Below, in pieces: positions 43,470 to 56,812 of a DNA stretch of 64,000 nt. The stretch comes from Lingula anatina (Eukaryota > Animalia > Brachiopoda). Numbering within the stretch: position 1 is the first letter of the stretch; the number at the start of each line of letters is the position of its first letter. The notes below the pieces were generated by a model that was not told where the DNA came from, made no database searches, and saw only the letters and a list, made by a program, of their open reading frames with translations. Position numbers and translations under genes: made by a program. Location: assembly GCA_051362555.1 (NCBI GenBank), contig CM120640.1:53484788-53548787 (forward strand), given 5' to 3'.

Positions 43470-45683
43470 ATCATACCAGTTCTCAAAGATTGATAACTCT
43501 CAGAAGTGTTTTTATTTAACCCTTAGTATCTGGAGATCTCACGAGACAAGTCAAACACAGCACTGCATAGGACAGCATTTAAGACTGGTCAATAGTTGAG
43601 AATATGGATATTTTTTGTGTTAAGTCAGTTATCCTGTAATGGAGCCTTATCATATTTTCATCTCATTTACTCCCAGAAAATTGGAATACTTTGTATTCAG
43701 TATAATTTTTAATCTGGAATATGAAGCTTTCTCAGCTAGCCTGTTGTGGATTGATAATTGTGTTTTATAAGTTATTGGATCTGGGATTGATGTGGCAGTA
43801 CAACTGGTGAGAGCCTTATATTTGAGATTCTACATTTTTGTTTACCTCACATGATCATAGCCATTTATGGGATAGTTTTGTTTTGGATGCATGCAGTTCA
43901 CTTGTGGCATTTTTTTTTCCGGTCCAGAGGCATTTATAAATATTGGGAGTTTAAAAGTTGGGGCTCAAACTCTTGTCAACATTATCATTAATATCACCAA
44001 ACAATTTTAAGATTGGTATGTGTACCATGACTTTTTATCACTAAGTAGCATAACTGCAGTGGGTAGACAGTTCTAATCAGCACTGCCTGTGCTTTAACCA
44101 AGCTTTCCACATCTTAACACAGTTGCTACACATAATGGTCTTTTCATTGTCATACTAATAAATTGAAGAGTGCTGAACTTTGGCTCTGTTGTGTCCATAT
44201 CAGAGAGGGGTCACAAAAACTTAAACTGAAATATACGCACAATTATGATAATCAGGGTAGATGACAAATATTTAACCCCAAAAAACTTGATATGAAACTT
44301 CAAATACAGACACTGTGTATCTTTTTTGACTTGTAAGGAGAGAAATGTTTTAACATATATTCACTTAGTAAGAATAATAATAATAATGCCATACAAAAAA
44401 CTGTGATATGTGAAACAGAATTGCAGTATTTACTTTTACTGATGATTGTAACAAGGTTACACAGGTGCTTTCTTAAATGCCCTTTTTTTTAATAAACACA
44501 GGTTTTACAGGAAATATTGAATTTGCGAGTTGATGCAGGCCTCTTCTGTTTGAGAAAGGAATATAATGGGGATTTTAAAAAATGACATAAAGGAGGATCC
44601 TTTCCATGAAATGGCATCAACAACTCTTACCAAAATTGGCAGCAACAGAAACCATTATATTTTGTAGTTACAATCTGCTATCATTTGCTTGTAAATGAAA
44701 AATAGGAATTGCTCAATCTTCTTGCTCCCCACCCCCGAAAAAATGCAGTGACATACTGCTAGCTTAATTCTCAATAAGTAAAATATACAAAATGAATGTT
44801 TATTCTTGGTATTCTGCCAAATGAATTGAAATACATAATAACATTAATGAATTAAGAAAGCATCTGTGATGACAGCAGCTAATTGTTCATAAAGATGGAA
44901 AATGTCATTATGTCATTTGATACAAATAACTAATTTTTATGAGACACATTAGTTTTGGAGTTAACAAGACTGTAGAGTGTTTGGACCCTAGATCTAAATT
45001 TGTATCAATACCTCTTTTACCAAGATGTCTTTTCACCAAAATTTTGTCAACATAATCAAAAATAATGTTTTACTGCCAAGTGTCAGAGGTCAGTCACTTC
45101 TTTGTTATACCTGTCATGGTAGACATTGGGTATGATTTGATTGTAGAGTTATGTTATCTTCTGGTAGATGGCTGTACTCTGCAATCCCTTTGATTGCTAT
45201 ATTTCAGGTAGTTACACATTTATTTCATGGTTGGTAGTCAAACCTGACTATATATAATGATAATCTCAACAAATATGGGAAAAGGAGATTTACTAGATGG
45301 AATTTGATATATATTCTAAAAGTTCATTTTTTTATTAACCTTAATCTGTATTTGCCATTACCCTCATTACACTTCATTTTGGTAGTGGGATATTCGCATT
45401 GTCATCTTTCATTCATGTTTCCTAGAAAAAAAGTAGATCAAGGAAAGAGGCCTTACCTACAATAAAGTCTATGTAGATCAAGGGCTAGGGCCTTACCTAC
45501 ATTAGAACCAAAAAAAAATTTCAGAGTTGAGTTTTTATTTCATATCTCATCCAGTTACAGGCTTGTAGATCAATGGAAATTCTAGTGTGCAAAATGAACC
45601 CATTTCTTCAACTAAGATGCTAAAGACAACAAAATGTTTTATATATTTTACTCTTTGGGAGGGCTGTACTGTTTATTGTCATA

Positions 45684-48447
45684 ATTGTACCACCAGCGTT
45701 AGCGCTGGCGGTACACATGGTTTCGGTCCCGTCCGGATCGTTCCGCCGGCTCCGTTGGCTCCGCCGGCTCCGCCGGATGGCTACCGTTACCGCTTCTCCT
45801 CCTAGACGGTAAGGGCCCCCGTACCCATCTCATGGATTTAGGTCACCTATAATCTCAACTCGTTCCACGTAAAATTTGGGCTTTGTCGGTATTGGGGTCT
45901 GGGTGTGGCACTCATTGCAATGCACCCTTGTCTAAAAATGGCAAAATTAAATGCTAATTATCTACCCTACGGAAGGAGTTATGGGAAAAATTTCTATAGA
46001 CGGCTTTCCAAAAGTCATATGTGTAGATTTCAAATATACCCTTGGATTTGACCTTTGACCTTTACTTCAAGGTCAAATGGGCCAAAATTTTCAAAAAAAT
46101 GAAATTTTTTACGAAAAAATTTTTTTTTGCCCTGTTATTCAGACACCACACAGACTTAACCAATAATATTATTGGAAGGTGTTACCCTTCAGGTCATCTT
46201 TCATCTCCATGAATTTGGGGTCAATCGGTGCATTTTCACGGGAGTAGCGGCCATAAGATACCGAAACTGAAAACTGTCTCTAATTCGGGAACCGTTAATG
46301 CTAGAGACCCATTCTTTTTTGCATTTTGTAGAGCATGTAAAGCCCAACACTGGAGGTGGTCTCGGTTTTTTTGTATTCCATACGGTTTTCGAGTTACGCT
46401 GTATCAAAAAGTACATATTGGTGGTAAAAGCAAAATGTGCAATACGGTAATGGATAATAAATTTTGAACTCTGGAAAAATAAAACATAAGGCTTGGCAAA
46501 GCAGACAACTTGTGTTCAAAAATGACATTATTTCATCAAATTTGAACTTCTGAAACTTCAGAGCACCTCCTATTTCAAGAATTTTGACCAAAATGACATT
46601 TTCTTTATTTTAATTAATTTTTTCTGTACGAAATTTAAGGCACATTATGGTAACTCCAAAATTATAACATTTAGTCCCTTATATCTCCAAAACTGGCTGA
46701 GATAGGTCCATAGTTACTATTGAAGTTGAATAGGAAGTCATATACTGGCAATCTTACTATGACCTTGAAAGTGACCTTTGACCTACTTTTCACCATGAAC
46801 TGAACTTTGCAAATTTTTCTTCCCTTTTATCTCCAAAACTGGCAGAGATAGGTCCATAGTTACTATTGAAGTTGAATAGGAAGTCATATACTGGCAATCT
46901 TACTATGACCTTGAAAGTGACCTTTGACCTACTTTTCACCATGAACTGAACTTTGCAAAATTTGCTTCCCTTTTATCTCCAAAACTGGCAGAGATAGGTC
47001 CATAGTTACTATTGAACTTGAATAGGAAGTCATATACTGGCAATCTAAATGTGACCTTAAAATTGACCTTTGACCTACTTTTCAACATAAACTGAACTTT
47101 GCAAAATTTGCTTCCCTTTTATCTCCAAAACTGGCAGAGATAGGTCCATAGTTACTATTGAACTTGAATAGGAAGTCATATACTGGCAATCTAAATGTGA
47201 CCTTAAAATTGACCTTTGACCTACTTTACACCATGAACTGAATTTTGCAAATTTTGCTTTCCTTTTATCTCCAAAACTGGCTGAGATAGGTCCGTAGTTA
47301 CTATTGAACTTGAATAGGAAGTCATATACTGGCAATCTAAATGTGACCTCAAAATTGACCTTTGACCTACTTTTCACCATAAACTGAACTTTGCAAATTT
47401 TGCTTCCCTTTTATCTCCAAAACTGGCAGAGATAGGTCCATAGTTACTATTGAAGTTGAATAGGAAGTCATATACTGGCAATCTTACTATGACCTTGAAA
47501 GTGACCTTTGACCTACTTTTCACCATGAACTGAACTTTGCAAATTTTTCTTCCCTTTTATCTCCAAAACTGGCAGAGATAGGTCCATAGTTACTATTGAA
47601 GTTGAATAGGAAGTCATATACTGGCAATCTTACTATGACCTTGAAAGTGACCTTTGACCTACTTTTCACCATGAACTGAACTTTGCAAATTTTTCTTCCC
47701 TTTTATCTCCAAAACTGGCAGAGATAGGTCCATAGTTACTATTGAACTTGAAAAGGAAGTCATATACTGGCAATCTAAATGTGACCTTAAAATTGACCTT
47801 TGACCTACTTTACACCATAAACTGAATTTTGCAAATTTTGCTTTCCTTTTATATCCAAAACTGGCTGAGATAGGTCCGTAGTTACTATTGAACTTGAATA
47901 GGAAGTCATATACTGGCATTATAAATGTGACATTTAAATTGACCTTTGTCCTATTTTTCACCATAAACTGAACTTTGCAAATTTTGCTTCCCTTTTATCT
48001 CCAAAACTGGCAGAGATAGGTCCATTGTTACTATTGAACTTGAATAGAAAGTCATATACTGGCAATCTAAATGTGACCTTGAAATTGACCTTTGACCTAC
48101 TTTTTATCATGAACTGAACTCTGCTAATTTCTTTCTCTTTTAACTTCAAACTTGACAGAGATAGGTCCATAGTTACTCTTGAACTTGAATAGGAAGTCAT
48201 ATACTGGCAATTTACTGTGACCTTGAAATTGACCCTTGACCTACCTTACGAAGAACTTAAATTTGATTGTACCATATATATTTTTTGCAATAGTTTAAAA
48301 ATTCTTGTTGATTGCATTTTTACAGCTTGTCAAGCACAAAACTGGTGGCTATGTCCCTTATTTTGTGTATGTGGGGTCTATACGAATGCGCTTGCTCCAG
48401 CTGGTGGTACAATATTCGGAGGCGGTATCGCCTCTCTGATCCTCTAG
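45684..48447 (+). mobile_element. Non-autonomous Helentron-type element (~2.77 kb) with internal tandem array
   Basis: 14-bp subTIR ATTGTACCACCAGC (45684-45697) / GCTGGTGGTACAAT (48400-48413); 5' palindrome 45686-45715; GC-rich short repeats after it; 3' hairpin GAGGCG-GTAT-CGCCTC (48419-48434); ends CTAG then TTT. No Rep/helicase ORF. Confidence 0.85.
46683..48245. repeat. 146-bp tandem repeat, ~10.7 units
   Basis: Unit starts at 46683, 46829, 46975, 47121, 47267, 47413, 47559, 47705, 47851, 47997, 48143; each has TGACCTT...TGACCTTTGACCT motifs. Confidence 0.95.
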
Positions 48448-49846
48448 TTTACCAAAAGGGCTAATCATGATCTTAAACAGACCCAGACAGATCTTAATGA
48501 TGTATACCTTCTGAATCATTCTTCTTTCATATTTTCTTGTCTCTATTGATCCATTTTCTTTGAAAGTGAAAGATATTTTTAAAGTGACAGTGCAAGAGAT
48601 TGGGGATGGAAAAAGGAACCTTTCGAATTAATATGGTATAATTGTGTGGATGTACGAGACCTTTATAAATACAAAAATGCAATCTAAACTGCTATTTGAA
48701 TATGGTTACTTAAATGAAAGCTTTTATAGAACTTTTTTATGTGCATGAGGAAAACAATAAATTTTTTGGTAATTTGAAGTGAAATCGTGAAGTCCTATGA
48801 TTAGCAAAAATAAGCATGTCTTTCCAATGATTAATCATTAACATTTAGATGAACTGCTGCCTCATTGTGATCATTTTCTTTATGTAAAGATAAATGCATT
48901 TCTCTTTAAAGGAACTAATATTGTTATCTGAGCAAATGAACATCTGTGTGGTTTTCATACATAAACCAGAGCCACAAATATGCCTGAATTGTACTGTGTT
49001 CTGTGAATTAAATAGTTCCCAGGAAAATCAATTGTGTCATAAAACCTCTATATGATTTACACAAGTAGTGTGGGCTGCCATCTCAAATGTGCTATAAGCA
49101 CAGATTGGAAGTGTCAAAGAATTGAAAAGTTTCACAGGTAAGCCAATGTTGAATTTTTTCAAAATGTGTTTCACCTGTTTTTATGTGAGACTTAAACTCC
49201 TAATTTTTGTAAACTTTGCCTATTTAAAGCCGACTATAATAACACTACAAAATTATTTGAATAGTTTTTCTGTTATATACGGATAAGATTTTGGAGTAAT
49301 TTTTAACGGAAGATTGATTGATCGTGGATTCTCAAATAGTAAATTCTGATGCAATTGTTGACCTTGCTATGATTGCTTTGTGACTACAAAGAAAAGTACA
49401 TGTATCAATTTGGTCCTCATTTTACAGTTTAAAGCATCATCGAAATTATAGTGTGGGGTACTTAGGTTTACAGTACTATTTTCATATTGTTAATATCAAC
49501 TTTAATAACAAAAACTGTGTCAAGTTACTGGATCATGTTTAGCTATACTTGGTCTCACAGAAATTCACTGCCATTTCTCACCACTGAAACTCTGTTTCCA
49601 ACTTCAACAATATTAAAAAAGAAATGCCGTGAATAGTTTTTAAATCTGCACACTTAAGTCAAACATTATGCTTACAATTTTTGTGGTATCCATATTATTT
49701 TTATTTGAAAAATTGTGGGATAATGTATTATCTATCTTACAGTCTTTTTCCTTGAAATCTGGGCAATGATGCCAGATTTTAAGTCAGTTTACAGTGTCTT
49801 GTTAAACTGGTATTAAATATGGAATTTAAAGGATGACACTGCCTAC

Positions 49847-50217
49847 CAGTGTTGGAAATTAAGGTTGGACCGTCTGCCCGGGTCTGACAACTTTCAGAAT
49901 GGGCTGACAAGTTTTCCCACCTGGCAGACATTCAGTCCAGCTACTTTTCAAGATGGCTGGACTTTCGATCCAGCAACTTATTTTCCTAAAGCCCCCTTTA
50001 CACTGGACGGCGTCCCTTCTGCGTCCAGCAGTTCAGCCCCATTTGAGAGTTAAAGAATTATAATACTTTACGTGCCGACAACTGGCCGATCATTGAGCAT
50101 TCATTCTGATACCAAATCAATGCTCATGCCTCCTTATTAAGACCACAGCGATGCCAAATTTCATGGTTGCAGAAAGGATGCCGTCCAGTGTAAAGGGGGC
50201 ATAAGAGGCAAACACTG
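49847..50217. mobile_element. hAT-like MITE (interrupted by a second MITE)
   Basis: CAGTGTT...AACACTG termini; perfect 8-bp TSD CTGCCTAC at 49839-49846 and 50218-50225. Confidence 0.8.
49990..50201. mobile_element. PIF/Harbinger (Tourist-like) MITE nested in the hAT-like MITE
   Basis: 32-bp TIR GCCCCCTTTACACTGGACGGC(G/A)TCC(C/T)TTCTGC at 49991-50022 and 50169-50200; TAA TSD at 49987-49989 and 50202-50204. Confidence 0.85.
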
Positions 50218-51654
50218 CTGCCTACAGCAATATTCTGTTCAGAATCGTTACCAAACTGTGCACACTTAAGTCTCTAAAAAATTCACTGGAAATATATTCA
50301 GCAAACTCCACAGAATCAGTAAGTTATTCGTAATATTCATCATATTTTTTATATATAATTACCTCCTCAGTACAACCATAAGTCTACATTTTTTTTCCAC
50401 TGGTCTAAACTGGCAGTATTCAATACATGATCACACGCCTTTCATATAACAACAATTCACCAGACAACAGGTGTTTATACACACACATTTTATTGATTTG
50501 CATTATTAAAAAATGCAGGCAGGATGTAATGAATATTTGTACAAATGTCAAAATGCAAAATACAATATACACACATGATGAATCTCAACTAACACAATAT
50601 GATGATTGTGTTTTGCCTCGACAGACACATCTTGCACATGGAATGTGGTATGATTAGCAAACTTGAAATATGCTGTTTATGATGAAAGATAATTAAAATC
50701 CATTTACACATTTCAAATTAATCATATATAAATAAATAAAATGAAATTTGTGTTCATATCGAGTCTCAACTTCTTCCAAGGCCAAAAGGGGACAGCCAAC
50801 CTAGAGAGGATCTTTAATTTCTTTAAATTTCATTGATAACTACTAAAAGAAGATATCTTAACCTTATCCTAACTACTCATAGATCACCAGCTTTTGAAAT
50901 GTCATGTTCAATATCTTTTAATTGGATTACATTAGATATTTTTCATGAACTAAATGAACTTCACAGAATGAGACAATTATAATGAGTATCTTTGCAACTA
51001 TGTTCAAGTTTCAAAACCTGTAAATAAAAAGTGCATGTGGGAGAGTAACCAGTTGGTACACATGCACATGCATGCACGAATCCATACATGCTCATAGATA
51101 CAGCTTCTGAACATGGCCTACAAGACTTGATCAATACGAATTGGCAAATGGCAAAAAAAATATACATATAACTACATAATATACAAAGGATATTAAACAA
51201 ATTTCTAAAACATTTTCCACTTATCAAAATAGTAGTGATTTTTTTTTTCATATTCATAGACAGATACACAAGTATGTAAAGTCCTGTAAAACCTGAAATA
51301 ATAAAAAAAAAATCTACAGTAGTTTTAATATGAGCAGTTAAAAACTATTTTAAAATAAATGCCGATGAAAGAAAGGCCAGGTAAGTGACATGAAATTAAG
51401 TTGCAGTTAAATTATACTTATGTGAGGACATCTTCATAGAAAATAGATAAAAATAAAACAAACGACACCTATACAATTTAACTTGATAAAAAATGGATCT
51501 TTCACATCCATCTATCTATAAATTAGTATTATTCTATGGTCAAGTCACACTTGTTTCAAAACATGTTTTACATGCCTCTAGCAAATGCAAAATGCATTAT
51601 GCTAACTAAAGTCAGTTAAATCAGCCACTGTTTTTCTGAAGATATAAGAATGAG

Positions 51655-51860
51655 GGAGCACTCTAAGAGCACGTAACTCTGCCATGACAAAAAGACAATA
51701 AAAATCTTTTTAAAACACTGGGAGGCCTGGATGCAGTTATCATTACTTCCCCTCCTAAATAAATGTTTACCCTAAGAATTTCACCAAAATTTGAGAAAAA
51801 CTGATATACAAACAAACCCAGCTGATAAAAAGGTAACTTCCTTCATGGCAGAAGTAACAA
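51655..51860 (-). mobile_element. Degenerate copy of the short HINE family
   Basis: GCACTCTAAGAGCAC hairpin, AACTCTGCCATGA / TCATGGCAGAAGT inverted pair and ACAA repeats in the same layout as 3725-3982. Confidence 0.5.
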
Positions 51861-52462
51861 ACCCTTTTTATTTACGTCTTCAAAAATCAAACATAGAGCC
51901 TGGCTAACTCTCTTTTTTTCAACATTTCTGTAATTACGATTCTTTGATCATGAACCAACAGTTACACTTCTAAAACATGTGCCTTTCTGATCTTTTGCTT
52001 TAAGCTCACCCAAGTGCTTCAGCCATTAACCCTCTGGGTGCTGTTTTTTTCCCAATTTTTCAATAATGTACAAAACCTGTATTTCTAACTCAATTATAGA
52101 ATAAAATACATGTAGTTGGGTCACAACAACAGAAAAAAAATTAGATCACAAGTTGGTGAACTACAACAGTGGACATCAGCACTGCTTACACGTGCAAAAC
52201 TCAAACAGCTTGTGCATTGGACTAGAGTTTGGGCTGTCTGTTGATGATGGTAAGGGTTAACCATTCCATGTTCTGCAACTTAATGGTTTCCTTACAAAAT
52301 CCTCTTCATTATATTGATTGTGGACCTTTGGCTGGAATAGTTGTACAGTTTACATATGGCTGCCTTTGAAAATGAACAATCATCTCTGTACTGAATATAG
52401 GTAAGCTTTTGGTAGAATTGTGGATGTTCTAATAAATGGTTTCTTTTGTAGATAAACCATCA

Positions 52463-52639
52463 TCACTGTATTGCACACAGAGAACTTTTGGGCTGAGGAG
52501 GGGGTTGTTTTGAAGTTTGTTCTTTTGCCTGATAGTTAATAATGTCTGCTTTAACCACTCTCTGGTGCTGCTCTAGCTCTGGTTTGGTTAACGTGATTCC
52601 TAGTATCTCTGCTGCTATCTTCTGGAAACACAGGTTTAC
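52463..52639 (-). CDS. RAB28: Last coding exon of Ras-related protein Rab-28; upstream exons not found in window
   Basis: Acceptor TTTCAG then [36 protein letters not shown]...KSSLCAIQ*, matching the Rab28 C-terminus as I recall it (CFQKVAAEILGIKL...RVVKADIVNY...SSMCAVQ) with a CaaX box. Confidence 0.88.
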   Translation of the reverse strand, partial: VNLCFQKIAAEILGITLTKPELEQHQRVVKADIINYQAKEQTSKQPPPQPKSSLCAIQ

Positions 52640-52755
52640 CTGAAATATGTCAACGTATAATATTATATATAATGAAAGCAACACCATCATACTTCAATCA
52701 TACTTGCAATTTCTATTTACAGATCATTAGGTTGAGTATAGCCTGGCCAGGTTGT

Positions 52756-52757
<2 letters not shown>

Positions 52758-52803
<46 letters not shown>
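52758..52803. repeat. (CA)n microsatellite
   Basis: Direct reading. Confidence 0.95.
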
Positions 52804-52804
<1 letters not shown>

Positions 52805-53655
52805 AGTTAGCCACACATATGGAATAAAAGTCAATCACAACATTCAGGATCATGTATTAAATAAAAACAAAAATTCTCAGATGTTTTCTTTGTTACATTC
52901 CCAGCTTATCTTATATTGTTAGGATGCACTGCTAAAATATTTTAATGATTTGAGACACATGATTTTACTATTCCAATATGGTTCAAATTGAAGACTGGGC
53001 TTTTTTGACAACAACCTTGCTTGTCTCACAATCCCTGCAACCTTATATGAAGCTAATATAGTCAATATTGCCACATCATCAAGAGCTGACTTAATTTTAT
53101 CTGTCAACATCTAGGTCTAAACAATGGGATAATATATCCTCACATGTGTCAAAGCTGACTGTTCAATGATGATAACCAACTAATCTAAATAGGCCTTCCA
53201 GACAACCAGCAAACATAACTATTTAATCAAACACAGACATTTTGATAAGACATTTTGAAGACTGAAGCTTTATTTTATTTGAAGTATTAATACTTATTAT
53301 CAGATAATCTAAGGTGGGGTAGCTTTTATGTAAATGGTGGGCTAACGGTTCAAGTATTCTTCAACATAAACATCAGGATAATAGAACAATAGAAAAAACT
53401 ATGAAAAAATTACCTATTGTATTACATGCCACTGATGCAAACAAAAAAGGGCCCAGGTTTCAGCATATTTACTACATAGCTACGTACTTTTATTTTCTCT
53501 TATATTTTCTTTTTTGTGGCCACAATTTAAAATTCACAATCTCTCTGCTATTTAAGCTAGCTAATCTAATCTTAAGGCAACACGTGTCATTATAACACCA
53601 AAACTTCTGCTTCCAGAACTGGGGTCACACAGAATAGAGAGGGAGTACGTCCAGC

Positions 53656-55479
53656 ATGTCACCATCCACCTGGCACCTGTGCAAAGCTCTCCTGTGTATA
53701 CTGCTGGCCACATATGGCCACAGTGCTCAGTATACCAAGAAAGTCCTTATCATCTCCATGGATGGATTTCGCTGGGATTACCTGAACATGGTGGACACCC
53801 CAAACTTTGACAAGATGGCCAGAGAAGGAGTCAAGGCACCTTACATGAACAACCCCTTCACCACCAAGACTTTTCCTTCCCACTATACTATGGCCACAGG
53901 TAAGGTGATCTGTCAGCATTTATAGCGCAAAAATTCATTTTTTACAATAAGCAGAGTGTCTTTGGTGCATATATATCCCACAAAAGCTCTACAATATCTT
54001 TTTATTTTGTGATCACCCCTTTCCAATAGCTATACCTATCCGAATTCAAACTATGCCTTCATAGGTAATCTTAAAAACTCAATGTGATATGCCAGTTCAA
54101 TCCAGATGTTACATCAACATTGAGATACGGCACAAAAACCGACTTCATAAATAAATGCCATTTTAAGCACAGGGCCTAAGTTCCAAAAATACTGCCTTAT
54201 TCAGGTCTGTATGAAGAGAGCCATGGCATTGTTGGCAACAGAATGTATGATCCCCAGTTTGACGAGTGGTTTTCCCCAGCAACTAAGACAACCAAATGGT
54301 GGGATGGTGGAGAGCCCATATGGATAACAGCTAGGAAGAACAACCTGAGAAGTGCCACCTACTTCTGGCCTGGCACTGAGACCAGGATCCAAGGTCTGAA
54401 GGCAAACATAGTCAAACCTTACAATGAGGACGTTCCATTCAAGGAAAGAGTTGACACAGTTATCAAATGGTTCCTGTGTGATAGCATTCACTTTGCAACC
54501 CTGTATTTTGAAGAACCGGATAGCCTTGGTCACCAGTTAGGGCCCAAGTCACCAGAGATGCAGCAGAAAATAAAAGAAATGGACACACTTCTTGGCTACA
54601 TACTTTCTGAAGTGTATAAAGCAGGACTAGCAAATCAACTCAATATAATAATGGCAAGTGACCATGGCATGGCTGAGATTGACCCATCAACTAGGACTGT
54701 ATCCATTGAAAATTTGATCACCAATCCTTCAGCAATAAAGTTTGTTGTTACCACTGGAGCTTTATGTCAAATCCTTCCTCATGATGGCAAAGTGCAAGAG
54801 GTTTATGATGCACTCCATGCCAAGCATCCCAATATGACTGTGTACTTAAAGGAAGACATTCCTGAGAAGTACCACTACAAAAACAACCGCCGTATCATGC
54901 CCATATTAGCTGTAATGGATGAGGGATGGTTGTGTACTTATGTAAGCTTGTTTGTTAATGCTGTGCACAAGTATGTGGTTCCTTTCAAATATCTGATTAT
55001 TTCTTCTAAAAAAACTTTATTATTACATCAACATAAAATAATAAAATAACAGAGATCAATTTTACATGGCTTAAAAAATTCCAACTAATAATATGTCTGT
55101 CACTGAATAAAGAGATAAGTTATATTTTCCTATTTCATTCTAGAACACAACTCTGTATGGTAAAGGCACTCATGGTTACAGTAACGAGCTGATGTCAATG
55201 AAGCCCATCTTTTTGGCCAGAGGTCCTAACTTCAAGCACAACTACACTGCACAGCCATTTGACAGTGTCGACATCTATCCACTGATGTGTGAACTACTTG
55301 CAGTTCCCCCTGCACCAAATAATGGCAGCCTGAGTTCTGTGCAGGGTTTCCTGCAGAATACAACACCAGTGGACCCCAATGCACCAACAATGAATACTTG
55401 CCCTACCAGCAAAGCAGATGGCATACAAGGGAATGGATTGTTGACTTTATTTTTGCTTCTTTTTATCTCTATCACTTGA
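53656..55479 (+). CDS. Ectonucleotide pyrophosphatase/phosphodiesterase, ENPP4/5-like, copy A (~438 aa)
   Basis: Exons 53656-53899, 54205-54941, 55144-55479. Signal peptide, ISMDGFRWDY, catalytic TKTFPSHY, GLYEESHGI, EEPDSLGH, SDHGM, GTHGY, hydrophobic C-terminus. Confidence 0.93.
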
Positions 55480-56378
55480 TCAATTTTGCAAATTGAAATA
55501 TTTTCTACTTTTCTAACTAAAATTTTAATCAATATAACTTCTCAATTCAAAAGGTCATTTTTAAAACTGAACATTTTAAACCTGAGCACTATGACTTAAT
55601 ATTTCCATATGCTGTATAACATAGTATTACCTGGCTCTCCTCCAGGATAACTGATAAGTTTTTAAATAGATATTCACTGATATGCCTCTGGCTAATACAT
55701 GCCATAGTTGTCTACTGTGTGCACCAAGAATTAATTTCATAACTCAGTTGGCCTCAATTACTGAGTAGAATTACCCTCTATTTATATTAATGTCTTCTTA
55801 TATCTAGTCAACTGCTTTTCAATTGTAGTTTTTTTTTTTCACTGTGGCAAAATAAATTTAAATTAAATGAAAAATTACTTAGTAATTCAATCCTCTATTT
55901 TGTGTATAATATCTATGTTAAGCCCTGCTAACATGAAGCTAAATTAAGCACTTTTTTGCACTTAAATACTGATTAAAGGTACTCTTTATTTGTTTAACCT
56001 GCCAAAATTAATTTTTTTTTTGGAGGGAGGCTCTCCCACTCACAAAACATTGCCTGGCCCATCCTTTCACATGGGTTAGATGTTTTATTCCATTTTTAAT
56101 TTAATGGGTTAGTTCTAAATGACAGTCTTCCTGTACATTTCAAGCAAAATGTTGATGTCAGGTTACTTTTACCTGAGAGATTTTAAAGTTTCTAAGCTCT
56201 GAATTGGGAAAGATTGGTAGCTTTGCAGGACATGAAGACATAGATATAATTTGAATTTGGAAAATTTACACATGTCGTATTCCATTAACTACAGTCACTG
56301 TGATGGTACAGTAACTTGATAGATATCAAGATTATCACTGTATTTGTACCAATCATCTGCCATTTATTTTTTATTCAG

Positions 56379-56812
56379 TATCATTTATTATTTGTTCCGA
56401 CCTCTCACAATAGCACCTCCACTCCAACAATGACTTCACAAAATCTTAATATCATCATAAAATCAAATTGACATAATTCAACAAATGATTCCTCAAGCAC
56501 CACACAAAATAAAGTACGTTCATATCATTTATTATTTGTTCAGACCTCTCACAATGGCACCTCCACTCCAACAATGACTTCACAAAATCTTAATATCATC
56601 ATAAAAACAAATTGACATAATTCAACAAATGATTCCTCAAGCACCACACAAAATAAAGTACGTTCATATCATTTATTACTTGTTCAGACCTCTCACAATG
56701 GCACCTCCACTCCAACAATGACTTCATAAAATCTTAATATCATCATAAAAACAAATTGACATAATTCAACAAATGATTCCTCAAGCACCACACAAAATAA
56801 AAGTATGTTCAT
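56379..56812. repeat. 144-bp tandem repeat, 3 units, between ENPP copies A and B
   Basis: TATCATTTATTA(T/C)TTGTTC(C/A)GACCTCTCACAAT at 56379, 56523, 56667; units nearly identical. Confidence 0.92.

Noticed and set aside
45587-46591. Short ORFs in the Helentron-type element as Rep/helicase remnants
   Set aside because: No HUH or helicase motifs recognisable.
46683-48245. Regular repeat array as CRISPR; ORFs 47075-47380, 47659-47964 and 47958-48200 as genes
   Set aside because: Units are contiguous with no unique spacers and no cas genes; the ORFs are by-products of the satellite.
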